Shown: in pieces, positions 10,986-21,816 of the stretch
How positions within the stretch are numbered: the stretch's first letter is position 1
Layout: each line of letters begins with the position of its first letter
Assembly (NCBI GenBank): GCA_023248155.1
Contig: JAHFFE010000002.1
Coordinates: 256,864 to 320,863 of the forward strand
DNA from: Candidatus Omnitrophota bacterium
GTDB taxonomy: Bacteria > Omnitrophota > Gorgyraeia > 1-14-0-20-64-10
Direction of reading: 5' to 3'
DNA: 64,000 bases
Translations under genes and position numbers: made by a program
Notes under the pieces: model-generated
Databases searched by the model: none
The model's input: the letters and a program-made list of their open reading frames with translations, nothing else
What the model was told of the DNA's origin: nothing

Positions 10986-11561
10986 ATGGCCAAGCAAAAA
11001 ATCTTGATGATCGATAACTACGACTCGTTCACCTACAACCTCGTGCAGTATCTGGGCGAGTTGGGGCAGGAACTGCTCGTTTATCGCAACGACAAAATCA
11101 CGCTCGAGCAGATCAAGCGGTTGAAACCGCACCGCATCGTGATTTCGCCGGGGCCTGGTTCCCCCAAAGATGCCGGCGTGTCGCGGCAGGTGATCGAACA
11201 ATTGGGGTCGAAAATCCCATTATTGGGCGTCTGTCTGGGGCATCAGTGCATCGGCGAGGTGTTCGGCGGCGTCGTTGAGCGCAACTGGAGATTGATGCAC
11301 GGGAAAACCAGCATGATCCATCACAACAAGCAGGGCGTTTTTCGCGGATTACCTGATCCGTTTGAAGCGACGCGGTATCATTCGCTGGTGGTGCGCCGCA
11401 AAGGGTTTCCGTCCGTGTTGGAAATTACCGCTGAGACAAAAGAAAAAGAAATCATGGGCCTGCGCCATAAAACCTATCCGATTCATGGCGTGCAGTTTCA
11501 CCCGGAATCGATCCTCACAAAATCAGGCATGCAATTGTTAAAGAATTTCCTGAAAGTCTGA
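10986..11561 (+). CDS. trpG: Anthranilate synthase component II (glutamine amidotransferase)
   Basis: Class-I GATase motifs: [15 protein letters not shown]…HPESILT. Confidence 0.85.
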   Translation: MAKQKILMIDNYDSFTYNLVQYLGELGQELLVYRNDKITLEQIKRLKPHRIVISPGPGSPKDAGVSRQVIEQLGSKIPLLGVCLGHQCIGEVFGGVVERNWRLMHGKTSMIHHNKQGVFRGLPDPFEATRYHSLVVRRKGFPSVLEITAETKEKEIMGLRHKTYPIHGVQFHPESILTKSGMQLLKNFLKV

Positions 11562-12577
11562 TGGCTTCCTCCCTTTTATTGACCGATCAGATCCGCAATG
11601 GCCGTGCGCTCACGGAAGAACAGGCCGAGGCCGCAGTCCGCGCGATCATGTCGGGATCGGTTCCCGCCGAAGAAATACGCGACTGGCTGATGGCCTTAAA
11701 AGCAAAAGGCGAAACCCTTTCTGAAATTGTCGGAAGCGTGCGCGCGCTGCGGGCCTGCGCGGTGCCGTTTCCATTGGGTGATGTTGCGGCAGTCGATACC
11801 TGCGGCACGGGCGGCGACGGACTCAAAACGATTAATCTCTCAACGCTGGCGGCATTAACGGCCGCCGCGGCCGGCGCGCCGGTGGTCAAGCATGGCAACC
11901 GGGCTGTTTCGTCAGCGACCGGTTCGGCCGATTTGCTTGAAGCGCTCGGTGTGGGTGTTGATATCGAACCGGAACGGATGCGCCTTTGTTTTGAGAAAAC
12001 CGGATTCGCATTTTTGTTCGCGCCGCGTTATCACCCGGCGATGAAAATTGTAGCGCCGGTCCGCAAAGAACTGGGTGTTCCGACGCTGTTTAATTTGCTG
12101 GGGCCTCTTTCGAACCCGGCCGGTGTTTTGTATCAGGTGGTCGGCGTGGCGAATCCGGCGAAAATGGATCTCTACGCGCAAGCGCTTCAGCGGCTCGGAA
12201 CACGCCGCGCCTGGGTGGTGCATGCCGCCGATGGTCAGGACGAGTTATCAGTCAGCGGATATACCGAGGTGATTGAAGTGACGCCCGATACGCAAAAACG
12301 GTTTCAGGTGGATCCGTCCGATTATGGATTTCATGTGCAGTCGCTGCGCCAGATTCAGGGCGGTTCTCCGTCGGAGAACGCGCAGATCGCGCTTCGAATG
12401 ATCGGCGGCGAGCAGGGTGCCGTGCGGAATGCGGTTCTGTTGAATGCCGGTGCCGCGCTATTAGTTTGCGGACGCGCTGCTTCTTTACAGCAGGGGATTG
12501 AGCAGGCCGCTGCGGCAATCGATTCGGGTGCGCTGTCCCGCCTGCTTGAGAATATTAAACGGGTGACCCATCTCTAA
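11561..12577 (+). CDS. trpD: Anthranilate phosphoribosyltransferase
   Basis: …DTCGTGGDGLKTINLST…NLLGPLSNPAG… are TrpD motifs. Confidence 0.9.
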   Translation: MASSLLLTDQIRNGRALTEEQAEAAVRAIMSGSVPAEEIRDWLMALKAKGETLSEIVGSVRALRACAVPFPLGDVAAVDTCGTGGDGLKTINLSTLAALTAAAAGAPVVKHGNRAVSSATGSADLLEALGVGVDIEPERMRLCFEKTGFAFLFAPRYHPAMKIVAPVRKELGVPTLFNLLGPLSNPAGVLYQVVGVANPAKMDLYAQALQRLGTRRAWVVHAADGQDELSVSGYTEVIEVTPDTQKRFQVDPSDYGFHVQSLRQIQGGSPSENAQIALRMIGGEQGAVRNAVLLNAGAALLVCGRAASLQQGIEQAAAAIDSGALSRLLENIKRVTHL

Positions 12578-12590
12578 ATTAGCGGAAATT

Positions 12591-13352
12591 TTGGATTATA
12601 AAAAAATCGAACTGGCCGATACAAAAAAAGCCCGGCCGCTGAATTTGCTCGAGCGGGAACTGAGGAGCCGCCCGCCGGTTCGTTCTTTTCGTGAGGCTGT
12701 TAACCGCCCCGGCTCTCTGCGGTTGATTGCCGAATTTAAACGGACATCGCCGTCAGCCGGTTCGATCCGCCCCGGAGCCGATCCGGTGGAAACGGCCATG
12801 CTTTATGAAAAGTCGGGTGCCGCTGCCGTTTCGGTGCTGACCGACCGGCAATTTTTTTCCGGATCGATCGACGACTTGAAAGCGATCCGCGCGAAAATTA
12901 ATCTGCCGGTTCTGCGCAAAGAATTTATCATCGATGAATATCAATTGGTTGAGGCCTCGGCCGCCGGCGCCGACGCGATTTTGTTGATTGTCGCCGCGCT
13001 GGATCAGCCGCTGTTGAAACGGCTGCATCAGTTGACCGTTGATCTGGGGTTGGACCCGCTGATCGAGGTGCATCAGGAATCGGAACTGGATCGCGCGCTG
13101 GAAGTCGGCGCGCAGTTAATCGGCGTGAATAACCGCGACCTGGCCACTCTGAAAACCGATTTGAAAACCACCGAGCGTTTAATGCGGAAAATTCCGGCCG
13201 GCCCTGTGAAGATTAGTGAGAGCGGCATCCATTCGCGCGACGATGCGCGGTTCGTGCGCGATGCCGGAGCGCAGGCGATCTTAGTCGGCGAATCCATTTT
13301 ATCCGCGCCGGATATGGCGGCCAAAATCAAGGAACTGACCCATGTGGGTTAA
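12591..13352 (+). CDS. trpC: Indole-3-glycerol phosphate synthase
   Basis: …IAEFKRTSPSAGSIR…VLTDRQFFSGSIDDL…IGVNNRDLATL… is the IGPS signature. The TTG start at 12591 is the first start codon in frame; the exact start is uncertain. Confidence 0.8.
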   Translation: MDYKKIELADTKKARPLNLLERELRSRPPVRSFREAVNRPGSLRLIAEFKRTSPSAGSIRPGADPVETAMLYEKSGAAAVSVLTDRQFFSGSIDDLKAIRAKINLPVLRKEFIIDEYQLVEASAAGADAILLIVAALDQPLLKRLHQLTVDLGLDPLIEVHQESELDRALEVGAQLIGVNNRDLATLKTDLKTTERLMRKIPAGPVKISESGIHSRDDARFVRDAGAQAILVGESILSAPDMAAKIKELTHVG

Positions 13353-13965
13353 AATCTGCGGCATCACCAACCGTGACGACGCGCTGGCGGCGGTCGAGGC
13401 CGGAGCCGACGCCATTGGATTCGTGCTGGTGCCAACCAGTTCCCGCGCGATGACGCGCCATGCAATCGAAGAAATCCTTAAAGTGCTTCCGCCGATGGTG
13501 CTGACCGTCGGCGTAACGGCCAACGAGAATACCGATTATCTGCACGGACTTCTGCGCGTCTGTTCGTTGGGCGCCGTCCAGTTCCATGGTGAGGAGCCGC
13601 CCGAAACAGTACTGGCGCTGAAAGAGTCGGCGAAACTGATCAAGGCGATCCGCGTGAAAGACGCTCATTCGCTGGAAGCCATTCCGCTTTACCGCGGCGT
13701 CGACGCGATTCTGCTCGATACCTACGACACGCAGCGGATGGGCGGCACCGGTCAGCCGTTTGATTGGAACCTGGCGGTCCGCGCCAAGCAGTATGAAATT
13801 CCGCTGATCATCGCCGGAGGCCTTAATTCACGCAATGTGCAGGAAGTCATCAAGCGCGTCCAACCGCACGGCGTCGATGTCTCCAGCGGCGTCGAAGTTT
13901 CCCCCGGGAAAAAGTCTTTTTCCCTCATCCGCGAGTTTGTCCTCAAGGCCAAAAAAGCGGTATAA
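13342..13965 (+). CDS. trpF: Phosphoribosylanthranilate isomerase
   Basis: MWVKICGITNRDDALAAVEAGADAIGFV… is the PRAI N-terminus. Confidence 0.85.
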   Translation: MWVKICGITNRDDALAAVEAGADAIGFVLVPTSSRAMTRHAIEEILKVLPPMVLTVGVTANENTDYLHGLLRVCSLGAVQFHGEEPPETVLALKESAKLIKAIRVKDAHSLEAIPLYRGVDAILLDTYDTQRMGGTGQPFDWNLAVRAKQYEIPLIIAGGLNSRNVQEVIKRVQPHGVDVSSGVEVSPGKKSFSLIREFVLKAKKAV

Positions 13966-13972
13966 TGAAGGT

Positions 13973-14833
13973 ATGAGTACCTTCAAAACAGCATTTTTGC
14001 TGACGCTTTTAACCCTCTTTTTTATCGCCATCGGCGGCGCGCTGGGCGGCCGCCAAGGCATGCAGATGGCGTTTATCTTCGCGATGGCGACCAACCTGTT
14101 TGCCTACTGGTTTTCCGACAAGATTGTTTTGAAGATGTACCGCGCCCGTCCCGTGACCGAATCGGAAGCTCCCGAACTGGTGCGCACGGTCCGCCGGCTG
14201 GCACAATTGGGCGACATGCCGATGCCGAAAGTTTATATTATCCCGACGGAAACACCCAATGCGTTTGCGACGGGCCGCTCGCCGAACCACGCCGCTGTGG
14301 CAGCCACCGAAGGGATTTTAAAAATTCTGAATGCCGAGGAACTGGAAGGCGTATTGGCGCATGAACTTTCGCATGTGAAAAATCGCGATGTGTTAATCGG
14401 TACGATTGCCGCCGCGCTGGCCGGCGCTATTTATATGGTGATCAATATGGCGCGCTGGAGCATGATGTTCGGCGGCCGCAGCGACGACCGCGACCGGAAT
14501 TCCGGCCCCGCGCAGATAGTGGTTTTTCTAATCATTTCAATTATCGGACCGCTGCTGGCGGCGATGATCCAGATGGCGATCTCCCGTTCACGCGAATACC
14601 AGGCCGATGATTCCGGCGCGCGGCTTTGCCGCAAACCGCTGGCGCTGGCCTCGGCGCTGGAGAAGATTCATTCGATTTCCGCCCGTGTCCCGATGGGAAA
14701 TGCCAATCCGGCCACGGCGCATCTATTTATCATCAACCCGTTATCAGGCCGGGATTTGATGAACCTGTTCAGCACGCACCCTCCGGTCGAGCGCCGGGTG
14801 GAAGCGCTTCAGAAGCTGGCCCGCGAGCTATAA
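13973..14833 (+). CDS. htpX: Membrane zinc metalloprotease HtpX (M48 family)
   Basis: The ATG at 13973 gives [13 protein letters not shown]…, a polytopic membrane protein with the [15 protein letters not shown] motif. The track ORF starts at 13835, inside trpF. Confidence 0.85.
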   Translation: MSTFKTAFLLTLLTLFFIAIGGALGGRQGMQMAFIFAMATNLFAYWFSDKIVLKMYRARPVTESEAPELVRTVRRLAQLGDMPMPKVYIIPTETPNAFATGRSPNHAAVAATEGILKILNAEELEGVLAHELSHVKNRDVLIGTIAAALAGAIYMVINMARWSMMFGGRSDDRDRNSGPAQIVVFLIISIIGPLLAAMIQMAISRSREYQADDSGARLCRKPLALASALEKIHSISARVPMGNANPATAHLFIINPLSGRDLMNLFSTHPPVERRVEALQKLAREL

Positions 14834-14835
14834 CC

Positions 14836-16032
14836 ATGCCATCGCTACCCGATATGCAGGGCCATTTCGGCCCATTTGGGGGGAAGTTTGTTCCCGAAAC
14901 GCTGATGGGTTGTCTCACGGAGCTGGAAAAAGCTTACCGCGACGCCCGTCGTGATCCCGCGTTTCGCCGCGAGCTGACCCACTATTTAAATTCTTACGCG
15001 GGCCGCCCCACGCCGCTTTATCATGCTGAACGGTTGAGTAAAAAGATCGGGCGCGGGGTCCGTGTTTTCTTAAAGCGCGAAGATCTTTTGCATACCGGTG
15101 CCCATAAAATCAACAACACGATCGGGCAGGGCCTTCTGGCCAAGCGGATGGGCAAGCCGCGCGTGATTGCCGAAACCGGCGCCGGACAGCATGGCGTGGC
15201 AACGGCAACGGTGGCCGCGCTTTTGGGAATGCGCTGTGATGTGTATATGGGCGAACTCGACACCGTGCGCCAGCGTCTGAATGTGTTCCGTATGAAAATG
15301 CTGGGCGCGCGCGTGGTTCCGGTGACCAGCGGTTCCAAAACATTGAAAGATGCCTGCAATGAGGCGATCCGCGACTGGGTCACGAATGTCCGCGACACGC
15401 ATTATATTTTGGGATCGGTCGTCGGACCGCATCCGTATCCGATGATGGTGCGCGATTTTCAGTCGGTGATCGGCCGCGAGGCGCGACGGCAGATAAAAAC
15501 CGAGACCGGCCGTCTGCCGGATGTGGTGATGGCGTGCGTCGGCGGCGGCTCCAACGCGATGGGCAGTTTTTATCCGTTCTACCGCGACCGGTCGGTGAAA
15601 TTAATCGGCGTCGAGGCCGCGGGCAAGGGACTCAATACGCCTTATTACGCCGCCACGCTGGTGAAGGGGACCGTCGGTGTTTTGCACGGCGCCAAATCGT
15701 ATTTGCTGCAGGACAAGAACGGCCAGGTGATGGAAACCCATTCGATATCGGCCGGGCTGGATTATCCGGGTGTGGGCCCCGAACATTCGTATTACCGGCT
15801 TTCGGGCCGCGCGCAGTATGTCGCGGTGACCGATTCCGACGCGCTCGACGGTTTTAAATTGCTGGCCGAGACCGAAGGAATTTTGCCGGCGCTGGAAACT
15901 TCGCACGCGCTCGCTTATCTTTACAAGGCGCGCGCGCAGTTGAAGCGCGGATCGACCGTTGTCCTTTGTTTGTCGGGCCGCGGCGATAAAGATGTTGAAA
16001 CCATTTCGCGCGTACTGGAAAAATCGCGGTGA
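14836..16032 (+). CDS. trpB: Tryptophan synthase beta chain
   Basis: ATG at 14836 gives [24 protein letters not shown]…[16 protein letters not shown]…, the canonical TrpB. The track ORF starts at 14626, within htpX. Confidence 0.95.
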   Translation: MPSLPDMQGHFGPFGGKFVPETLMGCLTELEKAYRDARRDPAFRRELTHYLNSYAGRPTPLYHAERLSKKIGRGVRVFLKREDLLHTGAHKINNTIGQGLLAKRMGKPRVIAETGAGQHGVATATVAALLGMRCDVYMGELDTVRQRLNVFRMKMLGARVVPVTSGSKTLKDACNEAIRDWVTNVRDTHYILGSVVGPHPYPMMVRDFQSVIGREARRQIKTETGRLPDVVMACVGGGSNAMGSFYPFYRDRSVKLIGVEAAGKGLNTPYYAATLVKGTVGVLHGAKSYLLQDKNGQVMETHSISAGLDYPGVGPEHSYYRLSGRAQYVAVTDSDALDGFKLLAETEGILPALETSHALAYLYKARAQLKRGSTVVLCLSGRGDKDVETISRVLEKSR

Positions 16033-16823
16033 GCCGTATCTCCGGAATGTTCGCGCAGCTGCGGCGGCGCAAAGAAAAAGCATTAATCGTTTATCTGACG
16101 GTCGGTTTTCCGTCGATGAAGATGCTTCCTTCTTTGGTGAAGGCGGCCGTGGAAGGCGGCGCTGATTTAATCGAGCTGGGTGTTCCGTTCTCCGATCCTT
16201 TGGCCGATGGTCCGACGATCCAGATGGCCTCTCAGAAAGCGCTGGAGAACGGCATCACGGTGCCGAAAATTTTTGAGGCCGTAAAACAACTGCGCCGGTC
16301 CGGCATTAAAATTCCGCTGGTGCTGATGACTTATGCCAATCCGGTTTTTCAGTATGGGCTGGCACAGTTTTGTAAAAAAGCGGCCTCCGTTGGCGTTGAC
16401 GGTTTGATTATTCCTGATCTTCCTCCGGAAGAAGCGGGTGAGTTGCTGCCGTTGGCGCGGGCCGCCCGTCTTGATACGATTTTTTTGACTGCGCCGACCA
16501 GTTCTCCGGAACGGATCCGTAAAATTATTCGGGTATCGACCGGTTTTGTTTATTCGGTCAGTCTGACCGGCGTCACCGGAACGCGCAATGAACTGCCTTC
16601 CGATCTGGTGGCGCAGGCGCGGCGGATCAAAAAGTTATCCCGCGTTCCGGTTTGCGTCGGCTTTGGCATCTCACGGCCCGATCAGGTGCGCCATGTGGCG
16701 TCCGTCGCCGATGGTGTCATTGTCGGTTCCGCGCTGATCCAGACGATCTCTAAAGCGGGTTCTGCTAACGCGCCCCAAGCCGTGGTCCGGTTTTTGAAAG
16801 GATTGAAACAGGCGTGCCGGTAA
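16029..16823 (+). CDS. trpA: Tryptophan synthase alpha chain
   Basis: …[11 protein letters not shown]…[22 protein letters not shown]… is the TrpA signature. Confidence 0.9.
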   Translation: MSRISGMFAQLRRRKEKALIVYLTVGFPSMKMLPSLVKAAVEGGADLIELGVPFSDPLADGPTIQMASQKALENGITVPKIFEAVKQLRRSGIKIPLVLMTYANPVFQYGLAQFCKKAASVGVDGLIIPDLPPEEAGELLPLARAARLDTIFLTAPTSSPERIRKIIRVSTGFVYSVSLTGVTGTRNELPSDLVAQARRIKKLSRVPVCVGFGISRPDQVRHVASVADGVIVGSALIQTISKAGSANAPQAVVRFLKGLKQACR

Positions 16824-17866
16824 AATCCAATTTGTGGGTGATGATCATGGCCGGTGGAAGCGGCGAACGGCTCTGGCCGTTGTCGCGCCGCAATAGCCCT
16901 AAGCAGACGCTGAAACTCGGCTATAAAAAATCATTGCTTCAAGCGACCGCGCAGCGGCTCAAACCGCTGGTTCCCGCCCGGAGGATGGTAGTTGTAACGA
17001 CGCGGCCGCAGGCGGCCGTGATCCGCAAACAGCTGCCGGAAATTTCATCCGCCCATTTTCTCGTCGAGCCGGCCGCGCGCAATACGGCGGCCGCAATCGC
17101 GCTGGGGACGGCGGCCATTTTGCGCGAAGATCCGGAAGCGGTCATTTTGGTGCTGCCGGCCGATCATGTGATCAGTCCCGATTCAAAATTTCATGCGGTG
17201 GTCCGCAGGGCGGCAGCGGTCGCCGCCCAGAAAGAAGGGCTGGTTTGTTTGGGCATCGCTCCGACTTATCCGGCCACCGGATACGGATACATCGAACCGA
17301 AGGGCGGCAAAGTTGCCCCGGGCGCTTACCGCGTGAAGCGGTTTATCGAGAAGCCGAATCTGTCAGCCGCCAAAAAACTGATCCGGAAAAAAGGGATGGC
17401 GTGGAACGGCGGCATTTTCTGCTGGAAAGGCCGCGTCGTCATGAATGAAATCAATCGCTATTTGCCGGCGTTGTCCCGCTTACAGGACGGAAAACAATTG
17501 GAATCTGTTTACAAGAAACTGCCCAGCGTTTCGATCGATGTGGGTGTGATGGAACGCGCGCGGAATGTTTGGATGATTCCAGCCGATTTTAAATGGAATG
17601 ATGTCGGCTCCTGGAGCAGTGTTGGAGCGCTGCATCTGTGTGATACGGCCGGTAATGTGGCTCTCGGCGCGCATCTCGGGATTGAAACAAGCGGAACGGT
17701 GATCATTACCGATGCGTCGCACCTGGTCGCGACGATCGGCGTGAAAGATTTGATCGTGGTGCGTACGTCCGATGCCACGCTGGTTTGCCACAAAGACCAC
17801 GCGCAGTCGGTCAAAAAAGTCGTGGCTGCGCTGGCCGCGCACCCTCACCGGAGGAAATTGCTGTGA
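16814..17866 (+). CDS. Mannose-1-phosphate guanylyltransferase (nucleotidyltransferase domain only, no isomerase domain)
   Basis: …VMIMAGGSGERLWPLSRRNSPKQ… is the ManC/GMPP N-terminal signature. Alternative starts lie at 16838 and 16841. Confidence 0.8.
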   Translation: MPVKSNLWVMIMAGGSGERLWPLSRRNSPKQTLKLGYKKSLLQATAQRLKPLVPARRMVVVTTRPQAAVIRKQLPEISSAHFLVEPAARNTAAAIALGTAAILREDPEAVILVLPADHVISPDSKFHAVVRRAAAVAAQKEGLVCLGIAPTYPATGYGYIEPKGGKVAPGAYRVKRFIEKPNLSAAKKLIRKKGMAWNGGIFCWKGRVVMNEINRYLPALSRLQDGKQLESVYKKLPSVSIDVGVMERARNVWMIPADFKWNDVGSWSSVGALHLCDTAGNVALGAHLGIETSGTVIITDASHLVATIGVKDLIVVRTSDATLVCHKDHAQSVKKVVAALAAHPHRRKLL

Positions 17867-18576
17867 CCCCATTACCGATTTTGGTGGCGCCGTCGATCCT
17901 GGCGGCTGATTTCGGCCATCTGGCCGATGAAACGAAACGGATGGAATTAGCCGGCGCCGACTGGATTCATGTCGATGTGATGGACGGGCATTTTGTTCCG
18001 AATTTAACGCTGGGGCCGCAGGTGGTGCAGTCGCTGCGCCCCGCGACGACGCTGACGATCGATGTCCATCTGATGATCGACAATCCTCAGCAGTATATTC
18101 CGGAATTTATTAAGGCCGGCGCCAACCGCGTCACTTTTCACGCGGAGGCTGTTTCCGATCCGCTTGCCGTGGTGCGGCAAATCCATTCGCTGGGCGCATT
18201 GGCCGGCATCGCGCTGCGTCCGCAAACGGCGTTGGAACTGCTTAAACCGGCGCTGACTGAACTGGACCTGGCGCTGATGATGACCGTCAATCCCGGGTTC
18301 GGCGGCCAGGTGTTCATGCCCGAAGTCCTTCCCAAAATTGAGACGCTGCGCAGAATTTTCTCAGGGCATATTCAGGTCGATGGAGGCATTAATCACGCGA
18401 CGGCGGCTTCCACTGCCGCGGCCGGGGCCGATGTAATGGTCGCCGGCACTTATATATTCCGGGCTGTTGATCCGAAGCAGGCCGTTTTATCACTGCGCGG
18501 GAAAGCGCCCGCGCCGGAAATGAAGAAATCATCCGATTCATCCACTCAATCCAATAACAAGGGGTATACGGCGTGA
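17863..18576 (+). CDS. rpe: Ribulose-phosphate 3-epimerase
   Basis: The GTG at 17863 is preceded by ggagga and gives VTPLPILVAPSILAADFGHLADE…MTVNPGFGGQ…. The protein has an unusual ~25-aa Ser/Thr-rich C-terminal tail. The track ORF starts earlier, at 17785. Confidence 0.85.
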   Translation: MTPLPILVAPSILAADFGHLADETKRMELAGADWIHVDVMDGHFVPNLTLGPQVVQSLRPATTLTIDVHLMIDNPQQYIPEFIKAGANRVTFHAEAVSDPLAVVRQIHSLGALAGIALRPQTALELLKPALTELDLALMMTVNPGFGGQVFMPEVLPKIETLRRIFSGHIQVDGGINHATAASTAAAGADVMVAGTYIFRAVDPKQAVLSLRGKAPAPEMKKSSDSSTQSNNKGYTA

Positions 18577-20021
18577 AACAGGTGATTGATGTTCAGATAA
18601 AATTCGGGACTGATGGCTGGCGTTCGCTGGTGGCGGAAGATTTTACGTTCGCCAATGTGCGTGCCGTCACGCAGGCGATCGCCCAGTATCTGATCGCGCA
18701 TCCGGCCAAGGGCCGCGCGCGCAAAGTGTTGGTTGGCTATGACACCCGTCCGCTCGGCGATAAATTCGCCGTCGCTGTCGCAGAAGTATTTGCCGGGAAT
18801 GGATTCCAGGTATTGTTAACCGAAACACCGATGCCGACGCCGGCCGTCAGTTTTTCGATCCGCGAATTCAAACTGCAGGGCGGCATCGTGGTAACGGCCA
18901 GCCATAATCCGTTTACCTACAACGGCATCAAATTCAAACCGTATTACGCGGGCCCGTCGGAACCGGAAATGACTTCCTGGATCGAACAGCGGTTATTCAC
19001 AAAACCGGTTCGCCGTATTCCGCTGGAGCAGGCGCTGGCTTCCGGCAAGATCAAGAAAATCGATCTGGCACAAATTTATTTGAAATTTTTGCGCGGCTAT
19101 GCCGACTGGAACCGCATTCGCAACCGGCAGTTTACGGTGGCCTATGAATCGATGCACGGCGCGGGGCAGGATCTGCTGCAGCGCGTGGTGGCCGGAACGA
19201 AAATCAAGGTGATCGCGGTCGAGCATCCAAAATATGTTCCGAGTTCTCACCGGCCGGAACCGGTGGGCGAACATTTGAAAGCGTTATCGCGCACTGTGCG
19301 TGAAAAGAAATGCGATGTTGGAATGGCCACCGACGGTGATGCCGACCGGCTCGGGTTGGTCGGCCCCGACGGGCAGTTTGTCAGCGCGCAGGAGACGATG
19401 GCGCTGCTGCTCTGGCATTTATTGGAAGACCGCCGCTGGAAAGGCAGGGTGGTTTCAACGGTTTCCAGTACGAATATGCTGGACGCGATGACCGCGCATT
19501 ACGGTGCGGAGTTCATCCGAACGCCGGTCGGGTTCAAGCATATCGCGCGCTTGATTCGCGAAGGCGGCGTATTGTTCGGCGGCGAAGAATCGGGCGGATT
19601 CGGGTTCAAGGGGTGCGTGCCGGAACGCGACGGACTGCTGGCCGGCCTGCTGATTCTTGAAATGATCGCGTACCGCAAACAAAGCCTCTCGGTCATTCTC
19701 AAAGCAATGCGCCGGCGGTTCGGGCATTGGTATTTCCACCGCGCCGACATTGAACTGGAAAAGACACTGCCGTCCGCTGTACTGCAGAATTGGGCAAAAT
19801 CGGGCGGCGCGCGAAAACTATCCGACGGTAAATTGAATCCCTGCGTAAATGTGGTTACCGCCGACGGCGTAAAAGTGATTTTCAAGGATAAAAGCTGGCT
19901 GCTGTTCCGTCCCTCGGGCACCGAACCGCTGCTGCGCGTTTACGGCGAAGCGCGATCTTCCGCGCAATTAAAACGGCTGCTGTCGATCGGACAGAAGGCC
20001 GGACTGGCGATGGTGAAATAA
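18573..20021 (+). CDS. Phosphoglucomutase/phosphomannomutase (alpha-D-phosphohexomutase family)
   Basis: Active-site loop TASHNPFTYNGIKFK, metal-binding DGDADR and GGEESGG motifs. Confidence 0.8.
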   Translation: MKQVIDVQIKFGTDGWRSLVAEDFTFANVRAVTQAIAQYLIAHPAKGRARKVLVGYDTRPLGDKFAVAVAEVFAGNGFQVLLTETPMPTPAVSFSIREFKLQGGIVVTASHNPFTYNGIKFKPYYAGPSEPEMTSWIEQRLFTKPVRRIPLEQALASGKIKKIDLAQIYLKFLRGYADWNRIRNRQFTVAYESMHGAGQDLLQRVVAGTKIKVIAVEHPKYVPSSHRPEPVGEHLKALSRTVREKKCDVGMATDGDADRLGLVGPDGQFVSAQETMALLLWHLLEDRRWKGRVVSTVSSTNMLDAMTAHYGAEFIRTPVGFKHIARLIREGGVLFGGEESGGFGFKGCVPERDGLLAGLLILEMIAYRKQSLSVILKAMRRRFGHWYFHRADIELEKTLPSAVLQNWAKSGGARKLSDGKLNPCVNVVTADGVKVIFKDKSWLLFRPSGTEPLLRVYGEARSSAQLKRLLSIGQKAGLAMVK

Positions 20022-20025
20022 CCGA

Positions 20026-21816
20026 GTGGATCAATCTCTTGTCCGCAATCTGTGCATCATCGCGCATATCGATCATGGCAAGTCAACGCTGGCCGACCGG
20101 TTGCTGCTGCGCACCGGCGCCATCACGCAGCGCGAGTTCCGCGAACAGCTGCTCGATGACATGGATCTGGAGCGGGAGCGCGGCATCACGATCAAAGCGT
20201 CGGCCGTCCGGATGCACTACACCGCCAAAGACGGGAAAACCTACCTGCTCAACCTGATCGATACGCCGGGCCATGTCGATTTTTCTTATGAAGTGGCCAA
20301 ATCGCTGCGCGCCTGTGAAGGGGCGCTGCTGCTCGTCGACGCGGCGCAGGGCGTGGAAGCGCAAACCGTCGCCAACTTATACCAGGCCAAGGAAGTCGGG
20401 CTGACCATCATTCCAGTCATCAATAAAATTGATTTGCCGACCGCGCAGACCGAACAGGTGAGAGAAGACCTCAAGCTCAGTCTGGATATTTCCTCCGAGC
20501 CGGTGCTGGCCAGCGCGAAGGAAGGCCTCGGCGTTGATGAACTGCTGGAACGGATCGTTCGCGATATTCCTCCGCCGGAAGGTTTGTTTGAAGATCCTCT
20601 GCAGGCGCTTGTGTTCGACTCGGCATTTGATGCCTACCGCGGCGTCGTGATCTATCTGCGCCTGTTCAACGGTTCGCTCAAGTCGGGCGACAAAATCAAA
20701 CTGATGAGTACGAAAGACGAATTCGAAGTGCAGGAAGTCGGCATCTTCGCGCCCAAAGCGCAGAAACGGGAACTGCTCTCCTGCGGTGAAGTCGGCTACA
20801 TCACCTGCAACATCAAAGATCCGCGCCAGGTCCGCGCCGGCGAGACGATCACGCATGTGCTTCGCCCCACCGACAAAGCGCTGCCCGGTTATCGTCCGGC
20901 GCGCCCGCTGGTTTTCTCGGGAATTTTTCCGGTGAACCCGGCCGATTTTGAACTGCTGCGCGACTGCATTCCCAAACTGCAGTTGTCCGACGCGTCGCTT
21001 GAAGCCCAAATCGAGAATTCCAGTTCGTTCGGCATGGGTTACCGCTGCGGATTTTTGGGTCTGCTGCATATGGAGATTGTGCAGGAACGGCTCGAACGGG
21101 AATTCGGTTTGAATTTAATTGCCACCACGCCCAGCGTCGTCTACCGCGTTGTTATGAATAACGGTGAAACGCTTGATGTGGAAAACCCCACCAAACTGCC
21201 GGATGCCGGATCTATCCGCGGAATGGAAGAGCCGTTCATCAAGGCGTTTCTGATTGCGCCGGCCTTGAGTATGGGCACCGTGATGCAGATGGCCACGGCC
21301 AAGCGCGGTATTTATATATCGACCGAATACCTCGGCAAAAACCGCGCGATGCTGGTCTATGAAATCCCGCTTTCGGAAGTGCTGGTTGATTTTCATGACA
21401 AACTCAAATCGGCTACCAAAGGTTACGGCTCGATGGATTATGAATTGATCGGATACCGGCCGGCTGATCTGGTGAAGCTGGACATTTTATTTAATGGTGA
21501 GCCATGCGAACCGCTGGCCACCATTGTTCCGCGCGAGCAGGCCTACCAAAAAGGCAAAGAGCTGGCCTCGAAACTGAAAGAGGTTATTCCGCAGCAGATG
21601 TTTGAAATCGCGATTCAGGCGGCGATCGGGGCGCGCGTGATCTCGCGTGAAACGGTTCGCGCGCAGGGAAAAAATGTGACGGCCAAATGCTATGGCGGCG
21701 ACATCAGCCGAAAACGAAAACTGCTGGAGAAGCAGAAAGAAGGAAAGAAACGGCTGAAGATGTTCGGCAAGGTGCAGCTGCCGCAGGAAGCATTCATGGC
21801 GGTGCTCAAAGTATGA
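20026..21816 (+). CDS. lepA: Elongation factor 4 (LepA)
   Basis: …NLCIIAHIDHGKSTLADRLL…DTPGHVDF… plus the LepA C-terminal domain. Confidence 0.95.
   Translation: MDQSLVRNLCIIAHIDHGKSTLADRLLLRTGAITQREFREQLLDDMDLERERGITIKASAVRMHYTAKDGKTYLLNLIDTPGHVDFSYEVAKSLRACEGALLLVDAAQGVEAQTVANLYQAKEVGLTIIPVINKIDLPTAQTEQVREDLKLSLDISSEPVLASAKEGLGVDELLERIVRDIPPPEGLFEDPLQALVFDSAFDAYRGVVIYLRLFNGSLKSGDKIKLMSTKDEFEVQEVGIFAPKAQKRELLSCGEVGYITCNIKDPRQVRAGETITHVLRPTDKALPGYRPARPLVFSGIFPVNPADFELLRDCIPKLQLSDASLEAQIENSSSFGMGYRCGFLGLLHMEIVQERLEREFGLNLIATTPSVVYRVVMNNGETLDVENPTKLPDAGSIRGMEEPFIKAFLIAPALSMGTVMQMATAKRGIYISTEYLGKNRAMLVYEIPLSEVLVDFHDKLKSATKGYGSMDYELIGYRPADLVKLDILFNGEPCEPLATIVPREQAYQKGKELASKLKEVIPQQMFEIAIQAAIGARVISRETVRAQGKNVTAKCYGGDISRKRKLLEKQKEGKKRLKMFGKVQLPQEAFMAVLKV

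Noticed and set aside
10167-11201. 344-aa minus-strand ORF antisense to trpE/trpG. Similar long antisense ORFs lie at 4061-4753, 780-1232, 48168-49028 and 59442-60224.
   Set aside because: They overlap strongly supported + strand genes with conserved motifs. Their translations are Arg/Ala/Gly-rich and low-complexity, as expected for stop-poor antisense frames in ~60% GC DNA.
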